Notes: generated from the letters alone by a model not told the origin. Shown: positions 10,622 to 26,386, counted from the stretch's first letter. The stretch: DNA of 64,000 nucleotides from an uncultured Actinomycetota bacterium (GCA_963772875.1 CAVYZE010000014.1:263977-327976), one strand, 5' to 3'. Made by a program: numbers and translations.

Positions 10622-10688
10622 GATCACGTTCTAGGCATGGCTCGGCTAAATCGCGTGTTCGGGAGGATGCCGCCCGCAAGCGGTCAGC

Positions 10689-12332
10689 CTAGCAGCGCAC
10701 GTCGCGCCGCCGGAAAGCCGCGACGCCCAGCGCCACCAGCGCCGCGTCGAGCGCCAGCAGCCACAGCACCGGCACGGCGGTGAAGTCGCCGCCGACGCGC
10801 GGAATGTGGGCGAAAGGCTCGAGATCGAGCAACCACTGCGGGAATCCGGCCAACGAACCGATCAGATACACGGCGATGAATCCGACCAGCACGCCCCAGG
10901 CCACCGGCGTGAACCGCGGTGCGAGACCGAATAAGACGACCGTCACGGCGGACAACAGCCATACGGCGGGCAGCTGCACCGCGGCACTCGCGACGACGAG
11001 GGCCACCTTGCCGCCGACGTCGCCGGCCGCGACGCCGTAGACGAGTCCGCCCGCCAATCCGCTGAGCAGCATCGCCACCGCGGGCCCGACCACCGCGGCC
11101 ACCAGATGGCTTGCCAGCCAACGAGTGCGCGAAACCGCGCCGGCCAGCGTCGTTTCGGCTCGCTGACCGGACTCTTCCTGGTGCAGCCGCAACGCCAGCG
11201 AGATGGCGAATGCGGCGGCCGCCATGCCCAGCATGGTGAACGCCACCGCGATGAAGGCCTCCTCCAACGCGCTGGTGCCGCCCATCCGCGCGATGATGTC
11301 GCGCGCCACGGTGCTGTCGCCCAGCTCGTCGCCGATGCCGTGCACCACACTGCCCATCAGCAGGCCATACAGGCCCAGGCCGACGGTCCAGAGCAGCAGG
11401 GCGCCGCGGTCCAGCCGCCAAACGAGCCCGAAGACGTTGCCCAGCGCCGGTGCGGCGGTGGGCGGACCGGCGCGTTCGGCGAAGAGTCCGGCACCGACGT
11501 CGCGGCCCGCGAGCAGTCGGTACGCCACCAGGGTGAGCACGGCCGTCGTCGCCAGGTGCAGCAGCAGCACCCACCAGCGATCGCCCGCGTAGGGCCGTAC
11601 CTGCAGCGACCATCCCAGCGGGGAGAACCACGACAGCGCGCCATTACCGGCATCGCCGATGGCGCGCAGGGTGAACGCGGCCCCCAGCACGGCAAACGCG
11701 GCACCGCGGGCGACGCGAGCGCTCGGCGACAGCTGCGCGGCCACCGCGGCGACGGCGGTGAACACCAGGCCGGAGCCGGCCAGCGCCGCCCCGAAGGCCA
11801 GCGACCCGCCGGGTGCGACGTTGGTGGTGAGCAATCCCGCCGCGCCGATCACGCCGGTGGCGATCGAGGCCCCGAACGACAACGTCAGCGCCGCGGTGAG
11901 GCTGGCGTACCGGCCCACCGCGGTCGAGTCGATGAGCTCGGTGCGGCCGGTCTCCTCGTCGGCGCGGGTGTGCCGGATCACCGTGAGGATGACCGCCACC
12001 GCGATCAACAGGTGGAACATCCCGGCTTTCCAAATGCCGACCGCCCCAAGGCTGTCGTTGTAGATCTGCCCGTAGAGCGCGCGCTGGGCGGGGCTTGCCA
12101 TGATGGAGGCCGCGAATCCGGCGCGCGCGGCCTGGGTGGGATAGACCTTTTCGATGCTGCCGACGTACACCGTGGCCAATGGGACGGACAGCAGCAGTAC
12201 CCATAGCGGCAGCGAGATCCGGTCGCGGCGCAGATAGAGCCGCAGCATCCCCAGCGTTCCGGCGAAGTTCGAACTACGTTGCGGCCCAGCATGTTCCGGA
12301 CGGTGTGGCCGATCCAGTGTGGAAGTGCTCAT
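10689..12332 (-). CDS. ABC transporter permease (Rv1217c-like)
   Basis: About 12 hydrophobic segments, twice-repeated EE-x-GR/QR-x-E loop motif, ends FRRRDV; adjacent to ATPase. Confidence 0.9.
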   Translation of the reverse strand: MSTSTLDRPHRPEHAGPQRSSNFAGTLGMLRLYLRRDRISLPLWVLLLSVPLATVYVGSIEKVYPTQAARAGFAASIMASPAQRALYGQIYNDSLGAVGIWKAGMFHLLIAVAVILTVIRHTRADEETGRTELIDSTAVGRYASLTAALTLSFGASIATGVIGAAGLLTTNVAPGGSLAFGAALAGSGLVFTAVAAVAAQLSPSARVARGAAFAVLGAAFTLRAIGDAGNGALSWFSPLGWSLQVRPYAGDRWWVLLLHLATTAVLTLVAYRLLAGRDVGAGLFAERAGPPTAAPALGNVFGLVWRLDRGALLLWTVGLGLYGLLMGSVVHGIGDELGDSTVARDIIARMGGTSALEEAFIAVAFTMLGMAAAAFAISLALRLHQEESGQRAETTLAGAVSRTRWLASHLVAAVVGPAVAMLLSGLAGGLVYGVAAGDVGGKVALVVASAAVQLPAVWLLSAVTVVLFGLAPRFTPVAWGVLVGFIAVYLIGSLAGFPQWLLDLEPFAHIPRVGGDFTAVPVLWLLALDAALVALGVAAFRRRDVRC

Positions 12333-13246
12333 CTCGCTGAAACCTTCTTCTCGCCCGTGTTGTAGTGGCGCAGGAAGAGTTCCTCAAGGGTAGGCGGCTT
12401 GCTGACGAGGCTGCGCACGCCGGCGTCGCCGAGCACCCGGATGAGTTCCCCGAGGCTTTCGCTGTCGACTTGAGCGCGCAACGTGTTGCCTTCGATGCTG
12501 AGGTCCTCGACCCCCTTGATTCGGGTGAGGTCGCCCGGATCACCCGTCATCTCGGCCTTGATCGAGGTGCGGCTGAGGTGCCGCATGGAGTCCAGCGAAC
12601 CGCTCTCGATGGTCTTGCCGGCCCGGATGATGGTCACCCGTTCGCACAGCGCTTCCGTTTCGGCCAGGATGTGACTGGACAGCAAGACCGTCACACCGCG
12701 GTCGCGCGCCTCTGCCACGCACTGCTGAAAGACGTTCTCCATCAGCGGGTCCAGGCCGCTGCTCGGCTCGTCCAGGAGAAGCAGTCCGGCCCGCGAGGAG
12801 AACGCCGAAATCAGCGAGACCTTCTGGCGGTTGCCCTTCGAATACGTTCGCGCCTTCTTGTGCGGGTCGAGGTCGAAGCGCTCGATCAGCTCCGCCCGAC
12901 GCGTGTCGTCGATGCCGCCGCGCATGCGGGCCAGCAGGTCGATGGTCTCGCCGCCGGTAAGCGAGGGCCACAACGTGACGTCGCCTGGCACATAAGCGAT
13001 TTGGCGGTGCAAGTCGACGGCATCGGCCCATGGGTCGCCGCCCAGCAGCCGCACGCTTCCGCTGTCGGCCCGGACCAGGCCCAGCAGGACGCGAATGGTG
13101 GTGGACTTTCCCGCGCCATTGGGCCCGAGGAATCCGTGCACTTCCCCGGCGCGCACCGTGAGGTCGAGGCCGTCCAGCGCTCGCACCGCACCGAAGTTCT
13201 TGCGCAGATCCCGGATTTCGATGGGCGCGACATTGTCAACTAACAT
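12329..13246 (-). CDS. ABC transporter ATP-binding protein (Rv1218c-like)
   Basis: GPNGAGKST Walker A, YSKGNRQK signature, LLLDEP Walker B, SSH switch. Confidence 0.94.
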   Translation of the reverse strand: MLVDNVAPIEIRDLRKNFGAVRALDGLDLTVRAGEVHGFLGPNGAGKSTTIRVLLGLVRADSGSVRLLGGDPWADAVDLHRQIAYVPGDVTLWPSLTGGETIDLLARMRGGIDDTRRAELIERFDLDPHKKARTYSKGNRQKVSLISAFSSRAGLLLLDEPSSGLDPLMENVFQQCVAEARDRGVTVLLSSHILAETEALCERVTIIRAGKTIESGSLDSMRHLSRTSIKAEMTGDPGDLTRIKGVEDLSIEGNTLRAQVDSESLGELIRVLGDAGVRSLVSKPPTLEELFLRHYNTGEKKVSAR

Positions 13247-13874
13247 GGGATTCTCCTTGATCGTCGGCGGCCAGGAATGCGTCGTACATGGTGCGGTCGG
13301 CCATCAGGCCTTCGGTGTAGAGCTCGAGGGCGGGCAGCACCATGTCGCGGGCATAGTCACGTAAGACGGCCCGTAAATCTGTTGGCGTTTCGTGCATTTG
13401 GATGTACAGCAGAAACGCTCCGCCCCCGGCGAGAGCCAGGTACTTGGCGCGGGCGTGCGGATCACGGCTGGGCTTGATAGTGCCGGCTCGCACACCTTCG
13501 TCCATGTATTGCTCGGCATTGTCAATCATCCTGTGCCACAAGATCTTTGCCAGATCGCCGCCGGCCTGCATACTGCGCACCAGATACGCCATCATGGGTG
13601 CGTAGGCCTCGATCTCGGCCATCTGCGCCAACCAGCTGGCCGGGTCGTTGGATTGCATCGCTTCGGACTTGCTGCTGCGGATCTCTTCGGCGACGTAGTC
13701 GTCGCAGGCTTTGCGCAGGCCTTCCTTGGAGCCGAAGTGGTGGATGACCAGCGCGGCGCTCACCCCCGCCGCTTCGGCGATCGCGCGTAGCCCAACGCCG
13801 AACCCGCGCTCGCCGAACTGCTCGATGGCCGCATCGCGGATCCGGGCCACGGCCGTCAGGTCGGCTGAACGCAT
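13236..13874 (-). CDS. raaS: TetR-family repressor RaaS (Rv1219c-like)
   Basis: [21 protein letters not shown]...[29 protein letters not shown]; first gene of the ABC operon. Confidence 0.88.
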   Translation of the reverse strand: MRSADLTAVARIRDAAIEQFGERGFGVGLRAIAEAAGVSAALVIHHFGSKEGLRKACDDYVAEEIRSSKSEAMQSNDPASWLAQMAEIEAYAPMMAYLVRSMQAGGDLAKILWHRMIDNAEQYMDEGVRAGTIKPSRDPHARAKYLALAGGGAFLLYIQMHETPTDLRAVLRDYARDMVLPALELYTEGLMADRTMYDAFLAADDQGESHVS

Positions 13875-13900
13875 GTTCAGTAGATTAAACGTGCGTTCAG
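13865..13900. promoter_or_regulatory. tandem palindromic operator overlapping raaS start (candidate RaaS sites)
   Basis: CTGAAC-GCAT-GTTCAG (13865-13880) and TTAAAC-GTGC-GTTCAG (13885-13900), 20 bp apart. Confidence 0.65.
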
Positions 13901-13958
13901 CCCACGGTCAAGGACCTAGCGCGTAAGGAATGCGTAAAGGGTTCGGCGAGCCCAGGGA

Positions 13959-14654
13959 CTAGTCGCGGACCGCGGCCAGAATGCCGTCCCCGAGCGGCAC
14001 CAGCGCCGGGGTGAGCCGCTCGTCCTCGGCGATCAGCCGGGCCGCCTCGCGGACCGCAACCACCTCGGCGTCGCGCGCCGCGGGATCACCGGCCCGCCCA
14101 CCCAACGCCGCCCCGTGCACGACGATGACACCGCCGGATCGCAACAACCGCACGCCCTCGACGACGTAATCCGGCTGGTCGATGGGGTCGGCGTCGATGA
14201 ACACCAGGTCATAAGAGTCGTCGGCGAGCCGGGTGAGCACCTCTTGGGCGCGCCCGCTGATCAGCCTGGTGCGGGAGGGTCCGACGCCGGCGTCGGAGAA
14301 CGCCCGTTTGGCCATCCGCTGGTACTCGGGCTCGATATCGATCGTGGTCAGGACGCCGTCGTCGCTCATGCCCGACAACAACCAGAGCCCGCTGACCCCG
14401 GCGCCGGTACCGACCTCGGCGACGGCCTTGCCGCCGCTGAGCTTGGTCAGCAGGCTCAGCAGCGCACCGACCGCGGGTGTCACCGCCCCGGCGCCGATGT
14501 CCACGGCGCGCTCGCGGGCGCCCGCCAGGATCGCGTCTTCCGATATCGACTCCTCGGCGTGCGCAAAGAGTGATTCGGCTCGACTGGGGGCCGCCTGGCC
14601 GGGACTGGGGGCCGCCTGGCCAGGAGTGACCGAAGTGTCGTCGGCGCCATCCAT
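13959..14654 (-). CDS. O-methyltransferase (Methyltransf_3 family, Rv1220c-like)
   Basis: [15 protein letters not shown] motif, [17 protein letters not shown]; start placed at ATG 14654. Confidence 0.9.
   Translation of the reverse strand: MDGADDTSVTPGQAAPSPGQAAPSRAESLFAHAEESISEDAILAGARERAVDIGAGAVTPAVGALLSLLTKLSGGKAVAEVGTGAGVSGLWLLSGMSDDGVLTTIDIEPEYQRMAKRAFSDAGVGPSRTRLISGRAQEVLTRLADDSYDLVFIDADPIDQPDYVVEGVRLLRSGGVIVVHGAALGGRAGDPAARDAEVVAVREAARLIAEDERLTPALVPLGDGILAAVRD
14582..14623. repeat. 21-bp tandem duplication (PGQAAPS x2) in the O-methyltransferase N-terminus
   Basis: gactgggggccgcctggccgg / gactgggggccgcctggccag. Confidence 0.85.
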
Positions 14655-14793
14655 GCCCGCAGCGTAAGTCCAATTCGCGGCGTCGTAGGTCAGGCGCGCC
14701 TGGCCGGTCTGTGCCGACACGCCCGGCGCCCGTGGGTTAGCAAGGTCACGACCAGGTCAATACGCCCTGCTTAACCCAGGTAACGATAAGATT

Positions 14794-14810
14794 TCTCAGG
14801 CAAACCTCAG
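14794..14810 (+). promoter_or_regulatory. MprA-box-like direct repeat upstream of sigE
   Basis: TCTCAG-GCAAA-CCTCAG (hexamer-N5-hexamer), matching the MprA-type repeat known upstream of mycobacterial sigE. Confidence 0.6.
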
Positions 14811-14854
14811 TTTGCTCCTATGTCCCGCATACGCCGGTACGCGACCGTTTCGGT

Positions 14855-15619
14855 ATGGAACGCGGAGGGTACTGGACCGGGAATAGAGAATCGCGGCTGC
14901 GCGTTGCGGATCGTGACGAATTGTCAGATCTTGATGGCAAGGGATTTCCGGAGGATGCAATCAACACCACGCTTTTGAGCCCGACCAGCATGCCGCACCG
15001 CCAGGAGTGCCGCGACGACGAGTGGGTGGAACCCACGGAGGCGTTGCAGGGCACCGCCGTGTTCGATGCGACCGGGGACATCGCCACGATGCCGTCGTGG
15101 GATGAGCTGGTGCGCCAGCACGCCGACCGGGTGTACCGGCTGGCATATCGGCTCTCCGGGAACCAGCACGACGCCGAGGACCTGACCCAGGAGACCTTCA
15201 TCCGGGTTTTCCGGTCGGTCCAGAACTACCAGCCCGGAACCTTTGAAGGCTGGCTGCACCGCATCACCACCAACCTGTTCCTCGACATGGTGCGCCGCCG
15301 CGCCCGCATCCGGATGGAAGCCTTGCCCGAGGATTACGACCGGGTGCCCGCCGACGATCCCAATCCCGAGCAGATCTACCACGATTCGCGGCTCGGGCCG
15401 GACTTGCAGGCCGCTCTGGATTCGTTGCCGCCGGAGTTTCGCGCCGCGGTGGTCTTGTGTGACATCGAAGGCCTGTCCTACGAGGAGATCGGCGCCACCC
15501 TCGGCGTGAAGCTGGGTACGGTGCGCAGCCGCATCCACCGCGGACGTCAGGCGTTGCGCGACTACCTGGCCGCGCACTCCGAATCCGGCAGCCACGCGCT
15601 GCACGCCAAGTCGGCCTAG
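14855..15619 (+). CDS. sigE: ECF sigma factor SigE
   Basis: [36 protein letters not shown] and [11 protein letters not shown]; followed by rseA-htrA-tatB. Confidence 0.97.
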   Translation: MERGGYWTGNRESRLRVADRDELSDLDGKGFPEDAINTTLLSPTSMPHRQECRDDEWVEPTEALQGTAVFDATGDIATMPSWDELVRQHADRVYRLAYRLSGNQHDAEDLTQETFIRVFRSVQNYQPGTFEGWLHRITTNLFLDMVRRRARIRMEALPEDYDRVPADDPNPEQIYHDSRLGPDLQAALDSLPPEFRAAVVLCDIEGLSYEEIGATLGVKLGTVRSRIHRGRQALRDYLAAHSESGSHALHAKSA

Positions 15620-15754
15620 CAGCCAAGCGTCGACAGCCAGCCCTATCCGGTCTGCCTCACCGGGCCCATAAACCAGCGGTTTTGCGGGCCGTAGCCGGGA
15701 TAATGGCTACCAGCTCGCGCTACATTCGACAGTAGGCTGCGAAAGGAGCTGGTT

Positions 15755-16150
15755 ATGGCCGACCGAGGACAAGTGTTCCGTCGCGCGTTCTCCTGGCTCC
15801 CCGCACAGTTCGCCTCCCAGAGTGATGCTCCGGTCGGCGCCCCGCGCCAGTTCGGGTCCACCGAGCATCTGTCGGTCGAGGCGATCGCGGCGTTTGTCGA
15901 CGGTGAGCTGCGGATGAACGCTCACCTACGGGCCGCGCATCACCTCTCGCTCTGCCCGCAATGCGCGGCGGAGGTCGACGATCAGAGCCGGGCGCGGGCG
16001 GCGTTGCGCGATTCGCACCCGATCCGTATCCCCAGCGAGTTGCTCGGGCTGCTGTCCGATATTCCGCACTATTCCGCCGACGACACGGCGTCGCACATGC
16101 CCGATCGTCTCGCCGAGCGCGATGCGCGCGACCAGCGCAAGCGTCGGTAG
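15755..16150 (+). CDS. rseA: anti-sigma-E factor RseA
   Basis: ZAS motif HLSLCPQC (HxxxCxxC), EHLSVEAIAAFVDGEL; GGAG RBS. Confidence 0.93.
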   Translation: MADRGQVFRRAFSWLPAQFASQSDAPVGAPRQFGSTEHLSVEAIAAFVDGELRMNAHLRAAHHLSLCPQCAAEVDDQSRARAALRDSHPIRIPSELLGLLSDIPHYSADDTASHMPDRLAERDARDQRKRR

Positions 16151-16226
16151 CGTCGCGCCGCTGGCCTGGCTCGTGCCGACCAACACCGAACCGTGGATAC
16201 TAGGGTGGACCATGCTCGCCGCGTGA

Positions 16227-17786
<1,560 letters not shown>

Positions 17787-18212
17787 ATGTTCGCCAACGT
17801 CGGCTGGGGGGAAATGCTCGTACTCGTCGTGGTCGGGCTGGTGATCCTCGGCCCGGAGCGGCTCCCGGGTGCCATCCGCTGGACCGCGACCGCGCTGCGG
17901 CAGGCCCGGGATTACCTCAGCGGGGTGACCACCCAGCTGCGCGAGGACATCGGACCCGAGTTCGACGACCTGCGCGGCCCGATCAGCGAGCTGCACAAAC
18001 TGCGTGGCATGTCGCCGCGCGCGGCGCTGACCAAGCACCTGCTGGACGGTGATGACTCGTTCCTCACCGGAAACTTCGACAGGCCCCTCAATGGGACTCC
18101 GGCGAAGCCGGTGGAGCCGTCGGGCCCGCCCGAGGCCGCGACCGGGGGGCCGCCGCCCGCCGCGGGACAGCACGCCTTCGACCGCACTCCGTTCGACACC
18201 GACGCGACGTAG
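17787..18212 (+). CDS. tatB: Tat translocase subunit TatB
   Basis: [28 protein letters not shown]; ends FDTDAT. Confidence 0.95.
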   Translation: MFANVGWGEMLVLVVVGLVILGPERLPGAIRWTATALRQARDYLSGVTTQLREDIGPEFDDLRGPISELHKLRGMSPRAALTKHLLDGDDSFLTGNFDRPLNGTPAKPVEPSGPPEAATGGPPPAAGQHAFDRTPFDTDAT

Positions 18213-18226
18213 CCCGCGCGACCGCG

Positions 18227-19375
18227 TCAGCGCCGGGTCGGGTCGAGCCCCAGGGACACCCCCGCCAGCCCGCGCCGTCGCGAGGACAGGACGTCGGCGA
18301 CGCCGCGCAATTCCTTGCCCACCGGCGAATCGGGCGCGCTCAGCACGATCGGGGTGCCCGCATCCCCGGCGGCCACCAGCGCCGGGTCCAGCGGGATCTG
18401 ACCCAGCAGCGGCACGTCGGCACCGACCGCCCGCGACAGCCGCTCGGCCACCTGCCGGCCGCCGCCCTCGCCGAATACCTGCAATGTCGATCCGTCCGGC
18501 AGCGTCAGCCCCGACATGTTCTCCACAACGCCGACGATGCGCTGTCGGGTTTGCAGCGCGATGCTCCCGGCCCGCTCGGCGACCTCGGCCGCGGCCAGTT
18601 GGGGCGTGGTCACCACCACAATCTCGGCGTTCGGAACCAGCTGAGCAACCGAAATGGCGATGTCCCCGGTTCCCGGCGGCAGGTCGAGCAGCAGCACGTC
18701 CAAGTCGCCCCAGTAGACGTCGGCGAGGAACTGCTGCAGCGCCCGATGCAGCATCGGCCCCCGCCACGCCACCGGGGCGTTGCCGTCGGTGAACTGGGCG
18801 ATCGAGATGACCTTCACCTCGTGCGCGATGGGAGGCAGGATCATCGACTCGACCTGGGTGGGCCGGTCGGTGCTGCCCATCATCCGCGGGATGGAATGGC
18901 CGTGGATATCGGCGTCGAGCACCCCGACCGACAGGCCGCGGATGGCCATCGCCACGGCCAGATTGACCGTTACGGTGGACTTTCCGACCCCGCCCTTGCC
19001 CGATGCGACCGCGTATACCCGGGTCAGCGAGCTGGGTTGGGCGAACGGGATGACGGGCTCGCGGGCATCGCCACGCAGCTGCTTGCGCAGCTCGGTGCGC
19101 TGTTCGTCGTTCATCACGTCGAGGCTGACCTGCACCGCCCCGGTCCCGGGAACGTCGGCGACGGCCTGGGTGACGCGTTCGCTGATTTCGGACTTCTTCG
19201 GGCAGCTGGCGATGGTCAGATAAATCCCTACGTGCGTGGCGCCATCGGGGGCGACGTCGATGCTCTTGACCATCCCAAGTTCGGTAATGGGACGCCGCAA
19301 TTCGGGGTCGATCACCTTGCCGAGCGCCGTGCGGATGGCTGCGCTCAGGTCGGCAGTGTTCGGACCGGACATCAC
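18227..19375 (-). CDS. mrp: Mrp/NBP35 (ApbC-like) ATP-binding protein
   Basis: N-terminal DUF59 (VIDPEL), SGKGGVGKST, DADIHG, LDLPPGTGD, ENM motifs. Confidence 0.94.
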   Translation of the reverse strand: MMSGPNTADLSAAIRTALGKVIDPELRRPITELGMVKSIDVAPDGATHVGIYLTIASCPKKSEISERVTQAVADVPGTGAVQVSLDVMNDEQRTELRKQLRGDAREPVIPFAQPSSLTRVYAVASGKGGVGKSTVTVNLAVAMAIRGLSVGVLDADIHGHSIPRMMGSTDRPTQVESMILPPIAHEVKVISIAQFTDGNAPVAWRGPMLHRALQQFLADVYWGDLDVLLLDLPPGTGDIAISVAQLVPNAEIVVVTTPQLAAAEVAERAGSIALQTRQRIVGVVENMSGLTLPDGSTLQVFGEGGGRQVAERLSRAVGADVPLLGQIPLDPALVAAGDAGTPIVLSAPDSPVGKELRGVADVLSSRRRGLAGVSLGLDPTRR

Positions 19376-19423
19376 CGCCGAGTGTAGGCGGCCCGGGCAC
19401 CGGCTGGCCGGCCGGTCGAATTG

Positions 19424-20725
19424 TCAGCCGGCCGGAACGGCCGCCGGCGCGTTGGTCGCCGCCGTCGGTGCTGGGCCGGCCGGCTTGGGCGAGGGTGAGG
19501 CTTTGGGCGGTCCCGCGGCCGGAGTTGTCGCCGGCGGGACGGCGGCGGGCTGCGGTGGCCACGGCGGGGCGGCCGGTGGCGGTGGCGGGCTCATCCACGG
19601 CGGGGCAGCGGGCTGCGGCGGGGTTTGTGGGCCGAGGCAGATCAGCGTGCAGCCGGGCAGTTGCGTCTGGACCTGCGACGGGGTGGTGGGTGTCATCCAC
19701 GGGAACATCGGCTGCTGGCTGGGCAGCCCTTGTGGGCTGAGGTCGATCAGCGGCATCCGCGAGATCGGGTCGTCCATCGACAGGCCGTTGATGTTCATCG
19801 GCAGGCCAGGCCCGAGTCCCTCCGGACGCTCATCGTGCGCGTCGCCGAGTGGGGGCGGCGCCCCGATGATCGGTGGCAGGTCAACCGGGACCACGCCGGT
19901 GGCGTACGCAGCGGCCCAACCCAGCACGTTCTGCGCATACGACATCGAGTTGTTGTAACGCAGGATCGCGGCCATGACCTGCCCCGGGTCGCGCAGGTTG
20001 AGCCCACCGGTGCACAGGTACCGGGCGGCGGCCAGCGTCGAGTCGAACAGGTTTTGCGGGTCGGCTACCCCGTCGCCTTTGCCGTCGGCGGCGTATCGGG
20101 CCCAGGTGCCGGGCAGGAACTGCATGGGCCCCATCGCCCGGGCGTAAGTCAGCCGATTGCCGACGCTGCTGGAGATGATGACCTCGTTGCCGGGCAGCGT
20201 GCCATCCAACGCGGGGCCGTAGATCGGGACGATCGCGGTGCCGCGCGCATCGACGGCGCCCCCGCTGGCGTGACCCGACTCGATGCGCCCGATCCCGGCC
20301 AGCAAGTTCCAGCTGATGCCGCAGCCCGGGGCGGCGACGGCCATCTTCTGTTCCGCGTTGCGGTAGGCGGCCAGCGCGACGCTCGGAATGCCCAGGGTGC
20401 CAGGCGCACTCACGATCATCGGCGGCGGCGGCGCCGATGATGCGGCCTGGGCGACGTGGAAGGCGCTCGGCGCACGGTCGATCGCGACGACGAGCGGGTC
20501 GGAGGCATCGCGGCCGGTGGGGGAAACCGCGGCCACCGGGGTGACGGCGGCGTGCACCGACGGAGCCTCTCCGCGAAACGCGGGAGCCGAGCCCGCGACC
20601 GCTCCGAAAAGCACCAAAGGAGCGATGACGACTATGCCGAATGCCGGCGACCGCGTGAAACCCCGTACGCGCGCCCACGCCGTTGCGACGGCCGGGCGGA
20701 TGTCCCAACGTCCCCCAATGCGCAC
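19424..20725 (-). CDS. lytic transglycosylase-domain membrane protein with Pro-rich tail (Rv1230c-like)
   Basis: GIGRIES (catalytic Glu), ARAMGPMQFLPGTW, AARYLC, YNNS lysozyme-like motifs. Confidence 0.88.
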   Translation of the reverse strand: MRIGGRWDIRPAVATAWARVRGFTRSPAFGIVVIAPLVLFGAVAGSAPAFRGEAPSVHAAVTPVAAVSPTGRDASDPLVVAIDRAPSAFHVAQAASSAPPPPMIVSAPGTLGIPSVALAAYRNAEQKMAVAAPGCGISWNLLAGIGRIESGHASGGAVDARGTAIVPIYGPALDGTLPGNEVIISSSVGNRLTYARAMGPMQFLPGTWARYAADGKGDGVADPQNLFDSTLAAARYLCTGGLNLRDPGQVMAAILRYNNSMSYAQNVLGWAAAYATGVVPVDLPPIIGAPPPLGDAHDERPEGLGPGLPMNINGLSMDDPISRMPLIDLSPQGLPSQQPMFPWMTPTTPSQVQTQLPGCTLICLGPQTPPQPAAPPWMSPPPPPAAPPWPPQPAAVPPATTPAAGPPKASPSPKPAGPAPTAATNAPAAVPAG

Positions 20726-20836
20726 TCGACCGTCCTAAGGATGTGAGCTGGCCGGTAAACTAACTCTCTTAGTTTCGTGAACTAGATCACCATACATAAC
20801 TCTTGTGACACGAGTGGCGCAATGGTGGATTGGGAT

Positions 20837-21379
20837 TTAGCCAGGTTTGGGTGCGGCGCTATCGAGGCCGTGACCGGCCCGCGAAGGCCCGGCCTGCGGG
20901 CTCTCCGGCAGCAGGTCGGCCAGCAAGGTGCGCATCTCTTCCAGCTCGTGGCGTAGGTATTCACGCGTCACGACCTCGCCGACGGCCAGCCGCAACGCAG
21001 CGAGTTCGCGGGCCAGGTACTCGGTGTCGGCCTTGGTCTGTGCGGCGCGACGGCGATCCTCTTCGAGCCCGACCCGGTCCCGGTTTTCCTGACGGTTCTG
21101 GGCCAGCAGAATCAGCGGCGCCGCGTAGGCGGCCTGGGTGGAAAAGGCCAGGTTGAGCAGGATGAACGGGTAGGGATCCCAGCGCCAATGGAACGCGCCC
21201 AGGTTGAGCGCGATCCACACCAGCACGAGGATCGTCTGCAGCAGCAGGTAGCGGCCGGTGCCGAAGAAACGGGCGATGGACTCGGTGACCTGACCGACGG
21301 CCTCGGGGTCCGGGCGCAGCGATAATCTGCGCGATTTCCGCGGGGTGTACAACCGCCGCGTTGCGGGGGAGTTGCTCAC
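20837..21379 (-). CDS. DUF1003 membrane protein (Rv1231c-like)
   Basis: WDPYPFILLNLAFSTQAAYAAPLILLAQNRQ motif. Confidence 0.9.
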   Translation of the reverse strand: MSNSPATRRLYTPRKSRRLSLRPDPEAVGQVTESIARFFGTGRYLLLQTILVLVWIALNLGAFHWRWDPYPFILLNLAFSTQAAYAAPLILLAQNRQENRDRVGLEEDRRRAAQTKADTEYLARELAALRLAVGEVVTREYLRHELEEMRTLLADLLPESPQAGPSRAGHGLDSAAPKPG

Positions 21380-22680
21380 GCGGATCCCCCCGGTTCGTCA
21401 ACCCGGCCGGCGGCGTCCAGGGGTTGCATATCCACGCGCCAGTCGTGCGGCAGCAAGTGGTCGAGCAGGTCGTCCACGGTCACCGCTCCCAACAGGTGGT
21501 TCTGGTCGTCGACCACCGGCCCGCACATCAGGTTGTACGCGGCGAAGTAGCGGGTCACCGAGGCAAGCGGGGTCTCCGGCGCGAGGTTGAGCAGGTCACT
21601 GTCGACGATCCCACCGACCAGTTCTGCCGGCGCTTCGCGGAGCAGTCGCTGCAGCGGTACGCAGCCCAGGTAGCGCCCGGTGGGGGTGCCCGTCGGCGGC
21701 CGCGCGACGAACACCATCGATGACAGCGCGGGGGTGAGGTCGGGATCGCGAACCCGGGCCAGCGCCTCTGCGACCGCCGTGTCCGGGGCCAGCACCACCG
21801 GATCGGAGGTCATCAAGCCGCCCGCGGTGTCGGGGGAATGTTTTAGTAGCCGCCGCACCGCGCCGGAGTCCGCGGGTTCCATCCGGGTCAGCAGTAGTTC
21901 GGCATCGGTCGGATTGAGCACGCCGAGCAGGTCGGCCGCGTCATCGGGGTCCATCTCCTCGAGCACGTCGGCGGATCGGTCGGTGCCCAGTCGCGACAGC
22001 ACCTCGGCCTGATCCAGCTCGGGCAGTTCCTGCAGAATGTCGGCCAGCCGCTCGTCGTCGAGCGCCTTGAGCACCTCGTAGCGGCGCTTGGGCGGCAGTC
22101 CCCGGATGGCGTCCGCCACGTCGACCGCCTTGCGCCCCTCGAACTGGGCCAGCAGCTGGGCCACCCCCTGGCCCGGCATGGCCAACGCCGACGGCGTCAG
22201 GCCCTGCACGTTGTGCCAGTCCACCACGTGCACCGGGCCGCGGCGTCGCAGCCGTCGTTGGGTGCGAACCGCGATCCTGGTCACCATCCAGTCCCGCGTT
22301 CGGGTTTGTTCGATACCCAGGTCGGTGATCACGACGTCGACGCCGGCCAGCTCCGGTATTGCGGGGTCGTTGACCGTGACCGAGGTGTCGAGCACCTGAC
22401 CCATGACCAGCACCTCGCCCGGCCGCTGCTCGAAGTGGCGCAGCGAGACGTTGCCGGTATTGAGCGTCACGGCGCCGGGCTCGATCGAGGTGACCCGCAG
22501 CATCGGAATGAAGATGCTGCGGCGGGTCACCAGATCGACGATCAGTCCCAGGACGCGCGGTTGCTGTCGGACGATGCTGATGCTGACGACCACATCGCGG
22601 ATGCGCCCGAAGGATTCGCCGAGTGGGCCCAGCACCAGCATCCGCGAGAGCCGCGCGACGTACACCCTATTGACCGACAT
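21376..22680 (-). CDS. MgtE-N/CBS-domain protein (Rv1232c-like)
   Basis: From ATG 22680 MSVNRVYVARL; MgtE intracellular repeats (MDPDDAADLL), TAGGLMT, GAVTVDDLLDH CBS motifs. Confidence 0.9.
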   Translation of the reverse strand: MSVNRVYVARLSRMLVLGPLGESFGRIRDVVVSISIVRQQPRVLGLIVDLVTRRSIFIPMLRVTSIEPGAVTLNTGNVSLRHFEQRPGEVLVMGQVLDTSVTVNDPAIPELAGVDVVITDLGIEQTRTRDWMVTRIAVRTQRRLRRRGPVHVVDWHNVQGLTPSALAMPGQGVAQLLAQFEGRKAVDVADAIRGLPPKRRYEVLKALDDERLADILQELPELDQAEVLSRLGTDRSADVLEEMDPDDAADLLGVLNPTDAELLLTRMEPADSGAVRRLLKHSPDTAGGLMTSDPVVLAPDTAVAEALARVRDPDLTPALSSMVFVARPPTGTPTGRYLGCVPLQRLLREAPAELVGGIVDSDLLNLAPETPLASVTRYFAAYNLMCGPVVDDQNHLLGAVTVDDLLDHLLPHDWRVDMQPLDAAGRVDEPGGSA

Positions 22681-22754
22681 GAAAGTAGAGCCTAGGCAGC
22701 CGCTGGCGGGATGGCAGATGGCGGCGGTGTTGGCCCCGCCGACACCGAATGCCG

Positions 22755-23381
22755 TTAACGCCAATGCAGTGCGAAAATCCCGATGATCAAGCTGACGATC
22801 AGGCTCGCGATGCCGATGACTATGCCGGCGACGGCCAAGGCGTAGCCGTCCTGGCGAGTCCGCTTGATCTGGTCGAGCGCGACAAGGCCCAGCACGATGC
22901 CCACGATCCCGCCGACGCAGCACAAAAAGCCGGTCAACGACGCGACCAGCGAGCCGATTGCCAGCCCGTTCATCCCGGGCTGCGACGGCCCGTAACTCCC
23001 CAGGTAGTCCGGGGCCGGGTAATACCCGCCCGGATAGGACGGCGGCCCGTATCCGGGCGGCGGTCCGCCGAATTGTGGGGGCGGCAGCGGGTATGGCGGA
23101 CCGCCGTAGCCCGGCGGCTGCTGGTATCCGGCCGGGGGCGGCATGGGCGGCAGGTACTGCTCCGGATAGCCGGCCGGGTATTCGGGGGGGTAGTCGGCCG
23201 GATAGCCGGGAAGCGGATATGCCGGGGGCCGATAGTCGGCCGTTGGCGACGACGCCGGCGCATCCCAGGGCGCTTCCCAAGCCGGCTGCTGCAGGGTCCG
23301 GTCGTCGACCGGGGGCTGGTTAGCCTCGTCGTTGTGCGCACTCTCGCCGAAGCCGCCGCCGGGAGCTGTCATGGTGTTCAA
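22755..23381 (-). CDS. Pro/Tyr-rich DUF4190 membrane protein (Rv1233c-like)
   Basis: Low-complexity PPGY N-terminus, then NGLAIGSLV...LGLVALDQIK...G..LAVAGIVIG. Confidence 0.85.
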   Translation of the reverse strand: MNTMTAPGGGFGESAHNDEANQPPVDDRTLQQPAWEAPWDAPASSPTADYRPPAYPLPGYPADYPPEYPAGYPEQYLPPMPPPAGYQQPPGYGGPPYPLPPPQFGGPPPGYGPPSYPGGYYPAPDYLGSYGPSQPGMNGLAIGSLVASLTGFLCCVGGIVGIVLGLVALDQIKRTRQDGYALAVAGIVIGIASLIVSLIIGIFALHWR

Positions 23382-23548
23382 CCTAACCCATGACCTGGTA
23401 GCGGTCTTGCGGCCGCAAATCCTAGAGCCCCGCGGCGCCCGGCCAGCTTGGGCCCGCTTGTTGCTCCCGAGTTCCGTAGCGGTCGCCTCGATAGGGTGAG
23501 AGGGCCGAAGATGAAACGAGGGACCCGGCGGAGGAGAATGAGCACCAA

Positions 23549-26375
<2,827 letters not shown>

Positions 26376-26386
<11 letters not shown>

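Noticed and set aside
20757-20775. AAACTAA-N5-TTAGTTT inverted repeat upstream of the transglycosylase gene
   Set aside because: A 7-bp arm in an A+T-rich promoter could arise by chance; no supporting evidence.
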